Source: Chlorokybus atmophyticus
Lineage: Eukaryota > Plantae > Mesostigma and Chlorokybus algae
DNA: 64,000 nucleotides
NCBI GenBank assembly: GCA_009103225.1
Contig: RHPI01001428.1
Location: forward strand, 370,158 to 434,157
Direction of reading: 5' to 3'
The notes beneath the pieces were generated by a model that was not told the origin of the DNA, searched no databases, and worked only from the letters and a program-made list of their open reading frames with translations. This document shows positions 27,072-39,904 of the stretch, in pieces. The position numbers and the translations under genes were made by a program. Positions within the stretch are counted from its first letter, which is position 1, and each line of letters begins with the position of its first letter.

Positions 27072-29457
27072 CCTGCGCCATTTGCACTGGCGATTGCGAT
27101 ATGTATATATGTAGACTTCAATATGCTGTGCTGGCCAACATCTTATATGTATTCGGCGTTGTCGCATCTTGATGATGGACGTTGTTGTCTGCGTCTTTGT
27201 TGACTCGACAAGTGACACAGGGATAGCTGACTGCACATAGCGCTGCAACCCCCCCTCCCCTTGCCCTCCCCTCCTTGTTTGCAGCTGTTCCACCTATGCG
27301 CACACCGCAAAGCACCCACATGTGCATCGAAGTAAGCCATATGTTTCAAGGCAGTGCCAGCCTCAGTGTCGCAGTTTACACTGCGTCAGGTCCCTAACTG
27401 CAGCTCAACCCATGCCATTGCTACAGCTGGTGCCACTGTGCTGGCTGCTTGTTTCTCGCATAAACAGCCCTTCAGAGTCAGCATCGGCACCACATCCATG
27501 CCAACAGTCCTTGGGTCTGCAAAACATACATGTTACTACGGCAAGAATGTATGGACTGGTGTGACTCTTCTTATGCGCAGCTGCTACAGTCCCTGTGCAG
27601 GATACACATATGGGAGTGTGCATGCGTGTATGTCCCCATGTGCGCGAACGCGCACAAGGGGTGCAAAAGCGTGTGCAAGTACACATGTACTATGCTTGTA
27701 CAATGTAGGTAGTGCATGAATAGTACACAGTCGCACTGTGTACTATGCAAGTCGTGCAGCTTCCTTGCATGACTGCTTACCTGCACTTGGTTGAAAGAAT
27801 TCCGTGCATGTCGCAGTATACAGGCACATAATCAGCAGCACGAAAGGAATTGAGTGTGCGTGCGTGTAGTTGAACGTGGGCGTGGGCGCGCATGCGTGTG
27901 CATGACTGCACAGTAACTCAAAGTCAATGTCGCACCACACCATGCTGACCGTCTTTTCAGATATACATGTTACTGCGGCATAGCAACATTACAGGTGTAG
28001 CTCTTGGTGTAGCTCTTTCAATGGTCAGGCAGCTGCTACAGTCCCTATGCAGGACGCACACATGGGAGTGTGCGTGCGTATGTGTGTACATGAGCTTGCG
28101 TGTGCAGGATAACTGTAGGCCGCACAACCGGGGTTCGCGTGCGTGTCCATGTACATGGGTGTGTGTGTGCACGCAAATCGCAAGTAGTACTCATTGCCAA
28201 AGCTTACCTTCATTTTAGTTTAGCGCGCCTATGTCGCGTACTCAGGCGCAGAAGCACGCAGCATGCCGGTAGGGAAGCTGGCAGAACACCCGCACCCTGT
28301 GCACACAGACAGCATCACATACTGAACTGCTTTGCTTCCTCTTGTGTTGTGACAAAAATAGACAAACAGCATCGAACAGTGGGTGGAAGCTGCTCGGAAG
28401 CAGCAGCATTGTGTCCACCATTGCGTTTGGCTTGGTATGTAAGCAACAAACAACATGGTGTGCCACACACACCATGTGGTTCGTTTTACCAAGCGATGCA
28501 AAATTATTTTCGACTCGATAACCAATGGTCCACCACCACATGGATCACCAAAAATTCGCGCAAGCGGCTCGCTCAGCGACTCCGGTCGCGCAAAGGCACA
28601 CCCATGACTCAATGCATGGTTAAAAATGGAAAATTACCCCTCTCCAGTTAACCAAGGTAGCCTGAGACGTTGCCAATTGGCAGCGTCACAGCAAACCGTG
28701 CTGAGCATACACAGCAAAGCACGCAGCTATGACAGAATCTTAAGAGCACAGATTGCAAATATCTGGCAGCAGGTGTGCAACTTTCACCATCCCCCGGAGC
28801 TGAAAAGTTCACACATGGAAGCGAGGCAATAAGGAAACCTAAGCAGGGCAACAATTGCATATGCATAGGGCAACGCACCATCAACTCACCACGCGTGCCC
28901 CCGGGCAAAGCTTGAGTAAGTTCAACTTCAAGCGCAGCCAGCTGGCGTTGTTGCAACAGAAGAGTCCACGGCGCCGCCACCAGCGCACGTGGGGAGGAAG
29001 ACGGCGCAATGTGTGGTCACCACAGCCTATAAAGGCAGGGCAGCTGTTCACGCAAGGGTAATCCTAGCAATGCGTAGAGCGCGCCGACGCGGCGGCGGCG
29101 GCATCCTCGCCCACCACTTTCTCCCGCCACCCCACACGTGTTAAGCGGGTGCACAATAGTGCATGCGTCTGGTTAGTTCGACCGCCACTCATCGGTTAGA
29201 CGGTCCTGCCATGCTCAGTTGGGCCAACTTAGTTGGCAGTAGTGTCGCGGTTTGTTGCGCGGTAGACAGGCAAAGGGGCTCAGAGAGGTCCCCAACCACG
29301 CCGACCATGCGGCCGCAATCACGCACACGTGTGGTACGTCGTGGGGCGGCGGAGATCGTCCTTTCTTGGCTCAGTGACTGCTATATAAGCAGCAGGCAGC
29401 TAGCCGAGTGAGCATCAGCACAGAGTGATAGAGCTCGGCCGAGCTGGCAGCTACAGC

Positions 29458-30658
29458 ATGGCTACCAACGCACCCGACAATCACATCGCCGACAACGCCA
29501 TCCAGCATGCTGCGGCCCCGCAGCCACTGTTCAAGCGGGACGTTCCGCCGCCGCCACCACCGCCCTTCTGCCCAGACGGCTGCACTGGCCATGCCAAACT
29601 CGTAGCGCACCTGCTGGAAGCACGTCAAGATCTACAGCACACGTTTGAAAAGCTCAACGGCTGGGCTGTGCAAGAGATCAACAAGGCCGTGATGGAAAAG
29701 GAAATGCTGGAGGACAACCTGAAGATGTGCAAGCGACAATTGGATGCGGAACAGGTGGGACAGGCGCGAATGCGCTGTGTTGGACATTGCTAGATCGGCG
29801 TGGACACAAGACATGCGTATGTTGCCTTGCATTCCAGTTTCATGCTTCATCCGGCATTTGATGGCGTGGCATCCAACTTCATGGTGCTGTCAGGTCTGTT
29901 CAGTCCTGCACCGGTGTGTGTCGTGATGCACGGATGACGTTGTGAATGATAGCTGTCTGCTTGTTGCAAGAGTCCTGTTATAGTTGACATGGTGTGCATG
30001 CAGGTAGAGACACGCAAGCTGCAAAAGAAAGTGGAGGAGCTGCAAAAGAACCTGGAGCAGGAGCAGGAATCGCACTCTTCACTGCGTGATTCTTATGCGG
30101 CTTTCGTCGTGGCAGAGCGCAAGAAGGAGTTTACCACACCCATCAAGCGTCCAAAGGGAGCGGGTCAGAAGCGTGCTGCAGCTGCCGTTTCCAATGGGGC
30201 AGGTGTCGCTGTGGATGCCGCACCCTGCAGCAATGCATGTGGAGGCCAAAACTCCAAGGCCAACGTGAATGCTGGGCAGGTGGAGGTGTCTTCAGCTCAT
30301 GAGCCATCCGCGTCGGGGCAGCATGCTCAGCTTACCCCAGAAAAGCGCTCAATTTTTGCGGCTGCTGCTGCCAGGCTGGGCTTCGCTGAGACACAGGTTA
30401 AATAATCTGGCTCCTCAGTCCTGGCTCTGGCGGTAATGGGAGCAGCAGCACCGCAATCGCAGCGCTCCATGGGTGGCCGAACTGTTACCCCTCGACGACC
30501 AGAAGTGCTCGAGCAACGCGACCCATGCGCACGACGACAATTGGGCGCGGAGCGCGATGAAGGACGGCAAGGTGGTGCTCCATCGACGGCCGATAGGTGT
30601 CGATGTGGATAAATTATTGGCCTTGTGTGCGGAAGGTATCAATGCAGGTAGGCAGTAG
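29458..30658 (+). CDS. Hypothetical coiled-coil protein (3 exons approx.)
   Basis: ATG 29458 downstream of a TATATAA (~29381). MATNAPDNH...KEMLEDNLKMCKRQLDAEQ|VETRKLQKKVEELQKNLEQEQES... with GT-AG junctions. Confidence 0.45.
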
Positions 30659-31962
30659 GTGACAATTGGTAACGGAGAAATCAATGTGTGCGTGGACAAA
30701 TGACAAGGGCAATGCGCACATGCATAGATAGCACACAACAAACTTCATACATGCATGTGCTTGCCAGTGCGTGCTTCACACGCACACACGCACGCATGCA
30801 TGCGCGCACACGTATAGAACGCACTTCCTCGCAACCACTACGGACTTGAGTCACGCGATGCAGATGGATGGCCACCCGCTGACGAAGTTACTGGTGACAT
30901 CGAGAGACGTCGGTAGTGCGCAACAACGCGTATGTACACTGCACGCCGCCGATGTTGCTGTACATGACGATCGCCAAAAGTGAGGCGCCGATGGCCACGA
31001 CACTGAGACGAAGGCACTGACCGATGGACACCGCATGTGCATGGGGAGCAGGCTGCTGGTATTGCAGCTTGCCCATGCGACGGCGTCGACGAACACAACC
31101 CCCACCCTAAACCACTGCTGCTCGGCACTGCTGACGTTGGCAGTGCAAACGCTGATGTGGCAGCGGCAGCCAGGGTTTGGAGAGGACGGTGTGGGAAAGG
31201 AGAGAGAGGGAGAGGAAGGGAGAGAGCGGGAGTCCAGCTGGTCTGTCTGTTGCTGCCATTGTCGTCAACAACAACGGACAGCAGGCCCTGTGTGCAAGTT
31301 AATTTGGCGTACATGTACATGCACGCCAAGTTAGGCATACATGTATGCCTATCGGGGTTAAGGGCGGTGGTGAAGATAGGTAGCTAGATTGTACATAGCC
31401 CGGTAGCTATTATGGTTTTGAATGTGGTGATTGCGTGCTATAGGACGGTGAGTGCATGTACACACAAACATATGTGACATGTATGTTGCATGAGCGATCC
31501 TGCTCCAAAGCTCTCTCTCTCTCTCTCTCTCTCGCTCGCTCGCTCTCTGCGTGCGCGCTCTGGCACTGCGTGTGAGAGTGACAGGTTTGTTGCATACACG
31601 TTTTGCAGTCCGATGCAGCCACTGCAGATGGTCTTCACTTACATACACGCACGCACGCACGTACGTACGTACGTACGTACGTATGCACAACTTGCTTGAT
31701 TACGGTGCTGGATTGCAACATGCATAATTGCATGACCAATGAGGCACGCATGTAGTGCTGCATACTAGACATAGATAGTCGTAGCTTGGTGGTGGAGTTG
31801 TGTTTACAAGTGGTGGCGGCTTGCTGCATGTGCTGCCAAGCACGGTGCAATTTTGCTTTACACCGTGCATATGAGCACTATCGCATATTATATCGCATAC
31901 ACGCATGCACGCGCGCCATGCCGTGCGTGCGTGTATAGGAGATGATATGTGTGGGTGTAATG

Positions 31963-31967
<5 letters not shown>

Positions 31968-32050
<83 letters not shown>
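31968..32050. repeat. (GA)n microsatellite flanking the foldback element
   Basis: Pure AG dinucleotide run, seen directly. Confidence 0.95.
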
Positions 32051-32058
<8 letters not shown>

Positions 32059-32060
<2 letters not shown>

Positions 32061-32136
32061 ATGAACTTTGAAAGACATTAGCACAACCGTATCACTGACT
32101 GACTGACTGACACACATACATACATGTCGCAGTTAT
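32059..32136 (+). mobile_element. Left arm of a ~200-bp palindromic (MITE/foldback-like) element interrupted by the LTR composite
   Basis: GCATGAACTT...GACTGACTGACACACATACATACATGTCGCAGTTAT is the near reverse complement of 45663-45736. Confidence 0.75.
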
Positions 32137-32473
32137 TGTAACGGTGTGCTACCTCCATAGAGGTTCCCCGCCCTTATTTAGGATTAAATAAGGGTCCCAA
32201 CGGGATTATACAGCCTATTAAGCCATATCAGAGCCGTTAACCTATATTAAGGCCCTAATGTAGTGTTACTTATCTGTAATACTGATATCGACATGAGACA
32301 CGAGTCTCATGTCGATATCAGCCGTATGGCGGTGATGCTAACGCAGCGGCCGCCATAGCCAGGGGATCTTCTGCTTCAGCAGTTGCCCCGGCGGCGGCGG
32401 TAGCGGCGTCGTGACTGGTGGCGGTGTTAGGGTAGGGGATTTAAGGGAGGAGGGAGCACCCCCTCTCCTTACA
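32137..32473 (+). repeat. 5' LTR (337 bp)
   Basis: TG...CA termini, followed by PBS; colinear with 45272-45608. Confidence 0.93.
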
Positions 32474-33670
32474 TTGGTATCGGAGCGCGGGCGGCGAGGG
32501 GTCTGTGGGAGGGGCGGCGGCAGGCGGCAGCACTGACCAGTGGCGGCAGGCGGCAGCGACTGCAGCGGCGGCAACTAGCAGCTGCTACCCACCAGGGTGG
32601 GTAGTGGCGGTTGTTAGCTAGTAGTTGTTGTTGTAGTTGTTGTTGTTATAATAGTTATAGTTTGCTTGCCTTGCCCTGCCTTGCCTAGCCAGGCTTGTTA
32701 GCTTGCGTGAAGGGGAGGCGGCCACTCAGGCAGCCCATTCCCCAAGCATTGCATGCCCAGCACATCACTTGTAATCACATTATTGTGATAACATTACTAT
32801 GCTTGTGCTTGTGTGCTTGCCACCACGTGGATTCGTGGTGGGGTGGAGGGTGTGAAATTGTATTCACAAAACCAACCCTTGTGAGGCAGTTTTGATTAAG
32901 GGAATAATCTTTTAATTAGGGGGTAATCTTCTGATGGGCAACCCGCTAATTGAAATCGATTAGTAATTGACCGGACTGCGCCTTAATAGATTTCAATTTT
33001 AAAGTAATCCAAATCCATTACCTGCATACACAAGTTCTGCTGTTCACCTATTCCAGATCGGCAAAAATTAGGTTCTGGTCTGTGTGATATTTTATCTGTA
33101 ATCATAACCGATACCTGCTGCGAGAACTATTGATGGAAAGCTTCGGCTGTTCTTCGAATCCTTGATGCATGCAACAAAATGCAATTTATTTTTGGAAATG
33201 ATAAAGGTTTTTATTAGAGATAGTTTATTTATCTCTCCTCCTATGGTAGATATCTGATGGCAACATCGGCTGCCGTTACCGCCAGTCAGTGCGGTGAGGC
33301 CGCCAAAGTCACTCTGTGCGGCCGACTCACAACTCACAACTCGCTGATATTAGCCTGTAGGGTTGATTCAACGAGATTTTGGCACCCTGTGTGTCAATTA
33401 CAATTGTGGGTTGAGCTGAGTTGTACAAAGTGAAAACTTTGACAAGTTGTAACTTGTGAACCGCCGCGTGGATTCGCGTGCGGTTTGTTTCAAAATGAGT
33501 GTCTAGTTGAAAGGTGTGTGGAGAGCTCTTGTTTGAACTGAATACTCCACGTTAAGCACTTGAAACTTGACGAGACAAAATCTATAGATTTTGACACTTT
33601 CGCAGTGCACAACTTGTGTGTTTTGTGCACTTGCACACTTCTACTATTGACGGCTTGTATTCTTGGGCAG

Positions 33671-36600
33671 ATGTCTGACCAAGGAGGGGATGATGTGGGG
33701 AAGTCCACATCATATGAGCCATCGAGTGAAGAGGAAGTGAACTACTCTGACACGAGTGAAAGCTATAAGCTTACTGACAGTGAGAAGGAAGGAGCTAAGC
33801 AAGACAGCGAAGCTTCTCCCAACCAGTCTTCTCAAAGTGGACCAGCTGCAGCGGACACACAGAGTGTCATTGGCGGCCATTGAGAAGTATGCCTCAGAGC
33901 GTAAAGCTCTACTTGCTGCCCACCCTCATCTTCGTCAGGAAACGTGGGATGCATGGGCGCAGACAGTTCGTGATGGCTATGAGACAAACTTTGCCACACT
34001 CCCTCGTGCAAGCAAGGAAATGGTCATCCGCATGCTCGAGTATGAGCTGACGAACAACATCCCGCCACTCGTGCGAGGTGATTCAAAGGTGGCTGCTATC
34101 ATGACCGTATATGATAAGCCTCTCCCTTACTAAGGCAAGCGAATGGCGTTTGAGGCTTTGGCCAACTTGGGAGTGGAAACCTCACAGCGTTGCAAGGATG
34201 TATTCTGGTACTTGGGACCTAACTTGGAAGACAAGTTTACTGGCCGAGTGCAGTTGACAGTACGCCTCGATGCTATGCAGTCTGAGTTGGTGGCGCTGCG
34301 CCAACTGGTGGCGGGTACTACTTCAGCAGCTGGGGCATCAGCAGGTCTGCCGGTGACAGCGCTGAATAAGCCTGAGAAGTTCAAGCCTAACGGCAGCGTC
34401 AGCATTCACAACTGGGTGGTCACTGTCAAGCACTACTTGACGGCACTCAAGCGCCCGGTTACTGAGCACATTGCTGTTGCTGAGTTGCTCATGCCATCTG
34501 ATGCTCTTGCCGAATGGGCGAGGCAGACAGAAGATGGTGCTACCAAGACAATGGAGGCACTTTTCCAGTTCCTGATGGAACGCTATGGTGGCATGGAACC
34601 GGCTACTCAGGCTCGCAACAAGCTCAGCAAGACGCCAGAATGGTCGGGCGGCCTCAACCTATCTGCAGGAGTTTCAGGCATTGGTGGGTCGTGCAAACAG
34701 CGGCCTCATGCCCATGGACAAGGCCGAGCAGTTTGAGTTGTACAAGCGCGGCTTGGATGCGCGTGTGCGTGATCAGCTGCAGTACAACACGGCAACGGGA
34801 GTTCCTTGGGTTCTTGAGGACTTGGCCAAGCTGCAGAAGCTGAGCGTGTACCTGTACAATGATGACACGGCGGTGCAGGACAAGTAACATGTGGCAGTTT
34901 CGGCCAAGCCGCTGGGGGTGGCAGGAAAGCGTTTCTCTCATCCGAGTGCACATCTGGCAAAGAAGGCGAAGACATTTAGTGTTTCTACCAGTGGCGCACG
35001 TGCTGGTGGTGCCATGCCTGTTGCTGCTCGCACCTGTTACGTCTGTCATCAGCCTGGCCACATCGCAACAAACTGCCCAATTAAGGGGAAGGGCAAGGCC
35101 AAGAAGGTTGAATAGGATTACGCCGTGACTGATGTAGAATTGGTTGATAACCAATTGCTTGTACTAATAGCAAACCGGTTTGATGAGCTGTCCCAAGTGC
35201 ATGTAATGACGCATGCATGGCAAGCACATAACAGGTTGCCACTTTTTGATCTTAAAAAGGTGGAAGAGAAGAATGCTTGTGTGTTGGTACATGTGGAGTT
35301 GAACATGCTTACCGATGTGTTGCACACTTTGACCGAATTGCAAAGTAAGCACAGAACCTTAAGTGTGGTAGTGATGGTGCCTAAATATCATGGCCCATGG
35401 TTAAAACACACTCGAGGGGGAACTGTGTTGAAGCAATTTAGCAAGCATGAAACAGGGACAGTGCGATTGTCAGCAATTTTACTCAACCCTCGCATTAGTC
35501 ACGGACTCTTGGCTACATTTCAAGGACGGGTAGTACCTCAGTTGTGGACATTTAATGGCACAATGCAAGGTGTAAACAGTGGTTCGTTCTTGATTAACAT
35601 TGGTGCAACACACAATTTCGTTGAGGAACAATGGGTTGTGCGCAACAAGATAGCTTGTAAACCCTCTGCATTTTCAGCTGCCGGTGCGGGGGGTGCGTTG
35701 CCAGTGAAAGGGGAAATAAAAACGAAGGAAAAGATTGGTAATTATCATGCCACTGTTACTTTCATAGTGTAAACAGCGGTTCGTTCTTGATTAACATTGA
35801 TGCAACACACAATTTCGTTGAGGAACAATGGGTTATGCGCAACAAGATAACGTGTAAACCCTCCGCATTTTCAGCTGCCGGTGCGGGGGGTGCGTTGCCA
35901 GTGAAAGGGGAAATAAAACGAAGGTAAAGATTGGTAATTATCATGCCACTCTTACTTTCATAGTAGTATCCATCGGCATATCAGGTGTTGATGTGGTATT
36001 AGGACAGGAATGGCAGGAGAATATAAAAATGACATTGGAGACTGGCGCACGCTTGTGCACAGTAAAGAAAGGTCGTAAGCGTGTAACATTGTCTGTGAAA
36101 GGGTTACATAGCTTTGACCACAAGCAGCCCGACCCTGCGCTACTCGCTGCACTGCAAGTGAAACGTGCATTGCGCAAAACACACCAGCTTTTCTGGTACA
36201 CTTGACGTCGTCGGACGACTTTGTGCCGAGAAATACAGAAGGTGTTGCAGACATCATTGAAAAATATTAAGATGTATTCTCAGATGAGTTGCCAGGCTTA
36301 CCTCCTGATCGAGGTGTCGGACACACAATACCACTCATTCCTGATAGTGAGCCTCCGTTTCGGCCTATATCGGCCTATATACAGGCTGAGCCCCCGAGAG
36401 AGGGCGGAAATGGAAAAACAAATCAAAGAGTTATTGGAAAAGGGGTTGATTGAACCGAGTTCTTCACCCTTTCGTGCGCCCATCTTGTTTGTGATGAAAA
36501 AGAATGGAAAGCTGCGCATGTGTGTGGATTATCGTGCTTTAAACAAGATCACCGTAAAGAATCGATACCCGTTGCCCCGGATTGATGATGTGTTTGATAA

Positions 36601-37978
36601 ACTGTCGGGAAATGCGTACTTTAGTACGTTGGACTTGACAAGTGGATATCATCAAATCCGGATTCATCTTTATGATGTTCACAAGACAGCATTCAGAACA
36701 CCTTCGGGCCGTTATCGATACAAAGTGTTACCTTTTGGATTGACTAATGCGCCCGCAGTGTTTCAGAAGGAAATGAATAAGATTTTTAGTGGCATACTTG
36801 GCAAGGATGTTATGGTTTACTTGGATGACATCGTTGTCTTTAGTAGAACCAAGGAAGAGCATAAGCAGCACTTGGAAGCGGTGTTCGCCTTGCTGCGTAC
36901 ACATCGCTTGTTTGCCAATCTTGCGAAGTGTGACTTCTGCAAGACGGAGTTGCCATTCTTGGGGCACATTGTAAGCGGTGCGGGTGTGACACCTGACCCC
37001 CGCAAAGTGCAAGTGGTAAAGGATTGGCCTCAACCTAAGAATATCCATTAGTTATGATCATTCTTGGGGTTGGCAAACTACTTTCACAAGTTTATGATGG
37101 GGTACTCTACAGTTGTGGTGCCTTTGACAAAACTGTCGCGAAAGGATGCCCCATTCTTTTGGACAGCAGCACAAGAAGCTGCTATGCAACAAGTGAAGCT
37201 GGCTTTAACTTCGGCACCAGTATTGGCATTGCCAAATTGGGATAAACACTTCACTGTGGTTAACGATGCCTCCACCCTTGGGTGTGGTGCAGTAGTGCTA
37301 TTGGATGGCCGACCATGTGCTTATGAGAGCGGGAAATTCATCCCAGCAGAGGTGAACTACACTACCACTGAGTAGGAATTGCTTGGTATAGTGCATGCTC
37401 TTAAAACATGGTGATGTTACTTGGAGGGAGTTCAGTTCACAGTGGTGACTGATCACAACCCGTTGGTGTACTTCTCAACATAGCTAAACTTGTCGCGTAG
37501 GCAAGCTCGCTGGATTGAGTTCCTGTCGCGGTTTACCTTTGAATGGGTATACCGGTCGGGCAAAACCAACGTGGCAAATCCTCTGAGTCGCTGTCCGTCA
37601 TTGTTGGCAGTTATGCGCGCGCAGTTGCTTGCAACGCAAAGTACATTGCCTCCTGATGATGAGTTTGTGCAAGCTGTTTACATGGGTATGCATTAGACCC
37701 ATGTTCTCCATACAAGAGAATGTACAAGAGCTTGACAAAAGAGACAACTTGTATTATATGGGCGCCAGCTTGGTTATGCCTGACCACGCTGGGTTGCGCA
37801 TGAAATGCATAGCTGAAGTACACGATCCACCGTATGCTGGGCACTCTGGGGGTCGCAAAACTACTAAGGCAGCGCAACAGTTGTACTGGTGGCCATTGTT
37901 GCCTGTTGACGTGAAGCATTATGTTGACACGTGTGACAAATGTCAGCGTGACAAGCCGTTACGTCAGAAACCCGCTGG
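33671..37978 (+). pseudogene. Degraded gag-pol of chromovirus copy A, truncated inside integrase
   Basis: Colinear with copy B. Has CCHC knuckle CYVCHQPGHIATNC and RT YLDD, but multiple in-frame stops and frameshifts, the protease motif mutated to LINIGAT, and a ~197-bp tandem duplication at ~35571-35960. Confidence 0.88.
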
Positions 37979-38905
37979 TGTCACGAATTGGGATAAATTG
38001 TGACAGACCTCACTCATGGTAGTGTCTTTTACTACCATAGCCTAGTGGTCGGGCCCCAATTGTTACAATGGTTTTGGAGCTTGACGTCTCAGGTTCAATT
38101 CCCGTAGGGGACTGAGGCAGATCCAAGGCAAAAACAAAAACATTTGGGGCGGCTTGCCCTAGGCTGGGCGCGGGATCACGACCTGCGCGCCGAGCCAGTT
38201 CAACCTAAGGCCGCGTGAGCGGTCGCGCTGCGATGGCAGGTCGCGCGGTGAGGATGGCCGTTCGGTCGGTCAGGACCGTTCGTTGGCCGGATCCAACAGG
38301 CCGCGGGCAGACCGATTGTGGTACGGCCGCGAAAACGGCGACGTGGGTTAGTGCCTCATTGGATTATGAGGAACTCATGGGTTAAATTGGGGAGGAATGT
38401 CACGAATTGGGATAAATTGTGACAGACCTCACTCATGGTAGTGTCTTTTACTACCATAGCCTAGTGGTCGGGCCCCAATTGTTACAATGGTTTTGGAGCT
38501 TGACGTCTCAGGTTCAATTCCCGTAGGGGACTGAGGCAGATCCAAGGCAAAAACAAAAACATTTGGGGCGGCTTGCCCTAGGCTGGGCGCGGGATCACGA
38601 CCTGCGCGCCGAGCCAGTTCAACCTAAGGCCGCGTGAGCGGTCGCGCTGCGATGGCAGGTCGCGCGGTGAGGATGGCCGTTCGGTCGGTCAGGACCGTTC
38701 GTTGGCCGGATCCAACAGGCCGCGGGCAGACCGATTGTGGTACGGCCGCGAAAACGGCGACGTGGGTTAGTGCCTCATTGGATTATGAGGAACTCATGGG
38801 TTAAATTGGGGAGGAATGTCACGAATTGGGATAAATTGTGACAGACCTCACTCATGGTAGTGTCTTTTACTACCATAGCCTAGTGGTCGGGCCCCAATTG
38901 TTACA
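37979..38905 (+). mobile_element. Tandem TRIM-like element family 1: LTR(89)-internal(330)-LTR-internal-LTR
   Basis: 419-bp period with starts at 37979, 38398 and 38817. The 89-bp TGTCACG...GTTACA unit is followed by PBS-like ATGGTTTTGGAGC and preceded by PPT GGGGAGGAA. No coding capacity recognised. Confidence 0.8.
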
Positions 38906-38906
38906 A

Positions 38907-39063
38907 TGTAACGGTNGGCGGCGCTGCTAACGCAGCGGCCGCCATAGCCAGAGCATCTTTTGCTCTGGCAACTGCCCCGGCAGTGGCGGCGGCGGCGGCG
39001 AGGCTGGTGGTGGTGTTGGGGTAGGGGATTAAAGGGAGGAGGGGCACACCCTTTCTCCTGACA
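38907..39063 (+). repeat. Internal chromovirus LTR (partly lost in an N gap at 38916)
   Basis: TGTAACGGT-N-then the 3' half of the LTR ending CTGACA, followed by PBS TTGGTATCGGAGC. Confidence 0.85.
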
Positions 39064-39904
39064 TTGGTATCGGAGCACGGGCGGCAAGGGGCCTGTGGGA
39101 GGGGCGGCGGCAGGCGGCAGGCACTGCAGGGGCGGCGGCAGGCACTGCGTCGGCAGGCGGCACTGCGGCGGCAAACTAGCGGTAGTTAAAAGTTTTGTTT
39201 GGTTTAACTGTTGTAGTTAAACGCTGCTGCATGTGCCTAGCCTAGCCTAGCCTAGCCTATGCATGCCATGCCATGCCATGCCTAACTTGTCCTAGTTTAG
39301 TTGTTATTGTGTGAAGGGGGGCGGCCATCCAGGCCCCTCCCTGAAGCATTGCATCCAAGCACATAACATAGTAATCATATATTGTTTACTATAATCTTTG
39401 TGTGCTAACCACCACGTGGATTCGTGGTGGTGAAGGGCTTTTTATCTATTTTTTTGGATAAATTCCCTTGGGGGCAGTTCGGTGGCAACATCGACTGTCT
39501 CGGTACCGCCAGTCAGTGCGGTGAGGCCGCCAGAATTTTTCTGTGCGGTCGATATCAAACTCACAACTCACAACTTGTCGATATCGGCCTGTAGGGCTGA
39601 TTCAACGAGATTTTGGCACTTTGGGTGTCAATTGTGATTGTAAGTTGAGCTGGGTGAAACAAAGTGAAAACTTTGAGCAGCCATAGCTCGTGAGCCGTCG
39701 CGTGCATTCGCGTGCGGTTTGTTGCACAGTGATTGTCTAGTTGAGAGGTGTGTGGAGAGCTCTTGTTTGGGCTGAATACTCCACGTTTACCCCTCCAAAC
39801 TTGACAGGACAAAATCACTAGTATTCGACGTTTTCATAGTGCACAANTATAGTGCACAACTTTCCATGTTTGTGCACTATTTGAACAGTGTTATCCTTGG
39901 GCAG

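Noticed and set aside
38030-38110. Genuine tRNA gene (also 48145-48205 and 48760-48820)
   Set aside because: A/B boxes are present but acceptor and anticodon stems do not pair, and the sequence is embedded in LTR/PBS repeats. Treated as a tRNA-like promoter instead.
37979-38905. CRISPR-like or satellite array
   Set aside because: The 'spacers' are identical and the unit has TG...CA ends, PBS and PPT, so it is an LTR-element tandem in a eukaryote.
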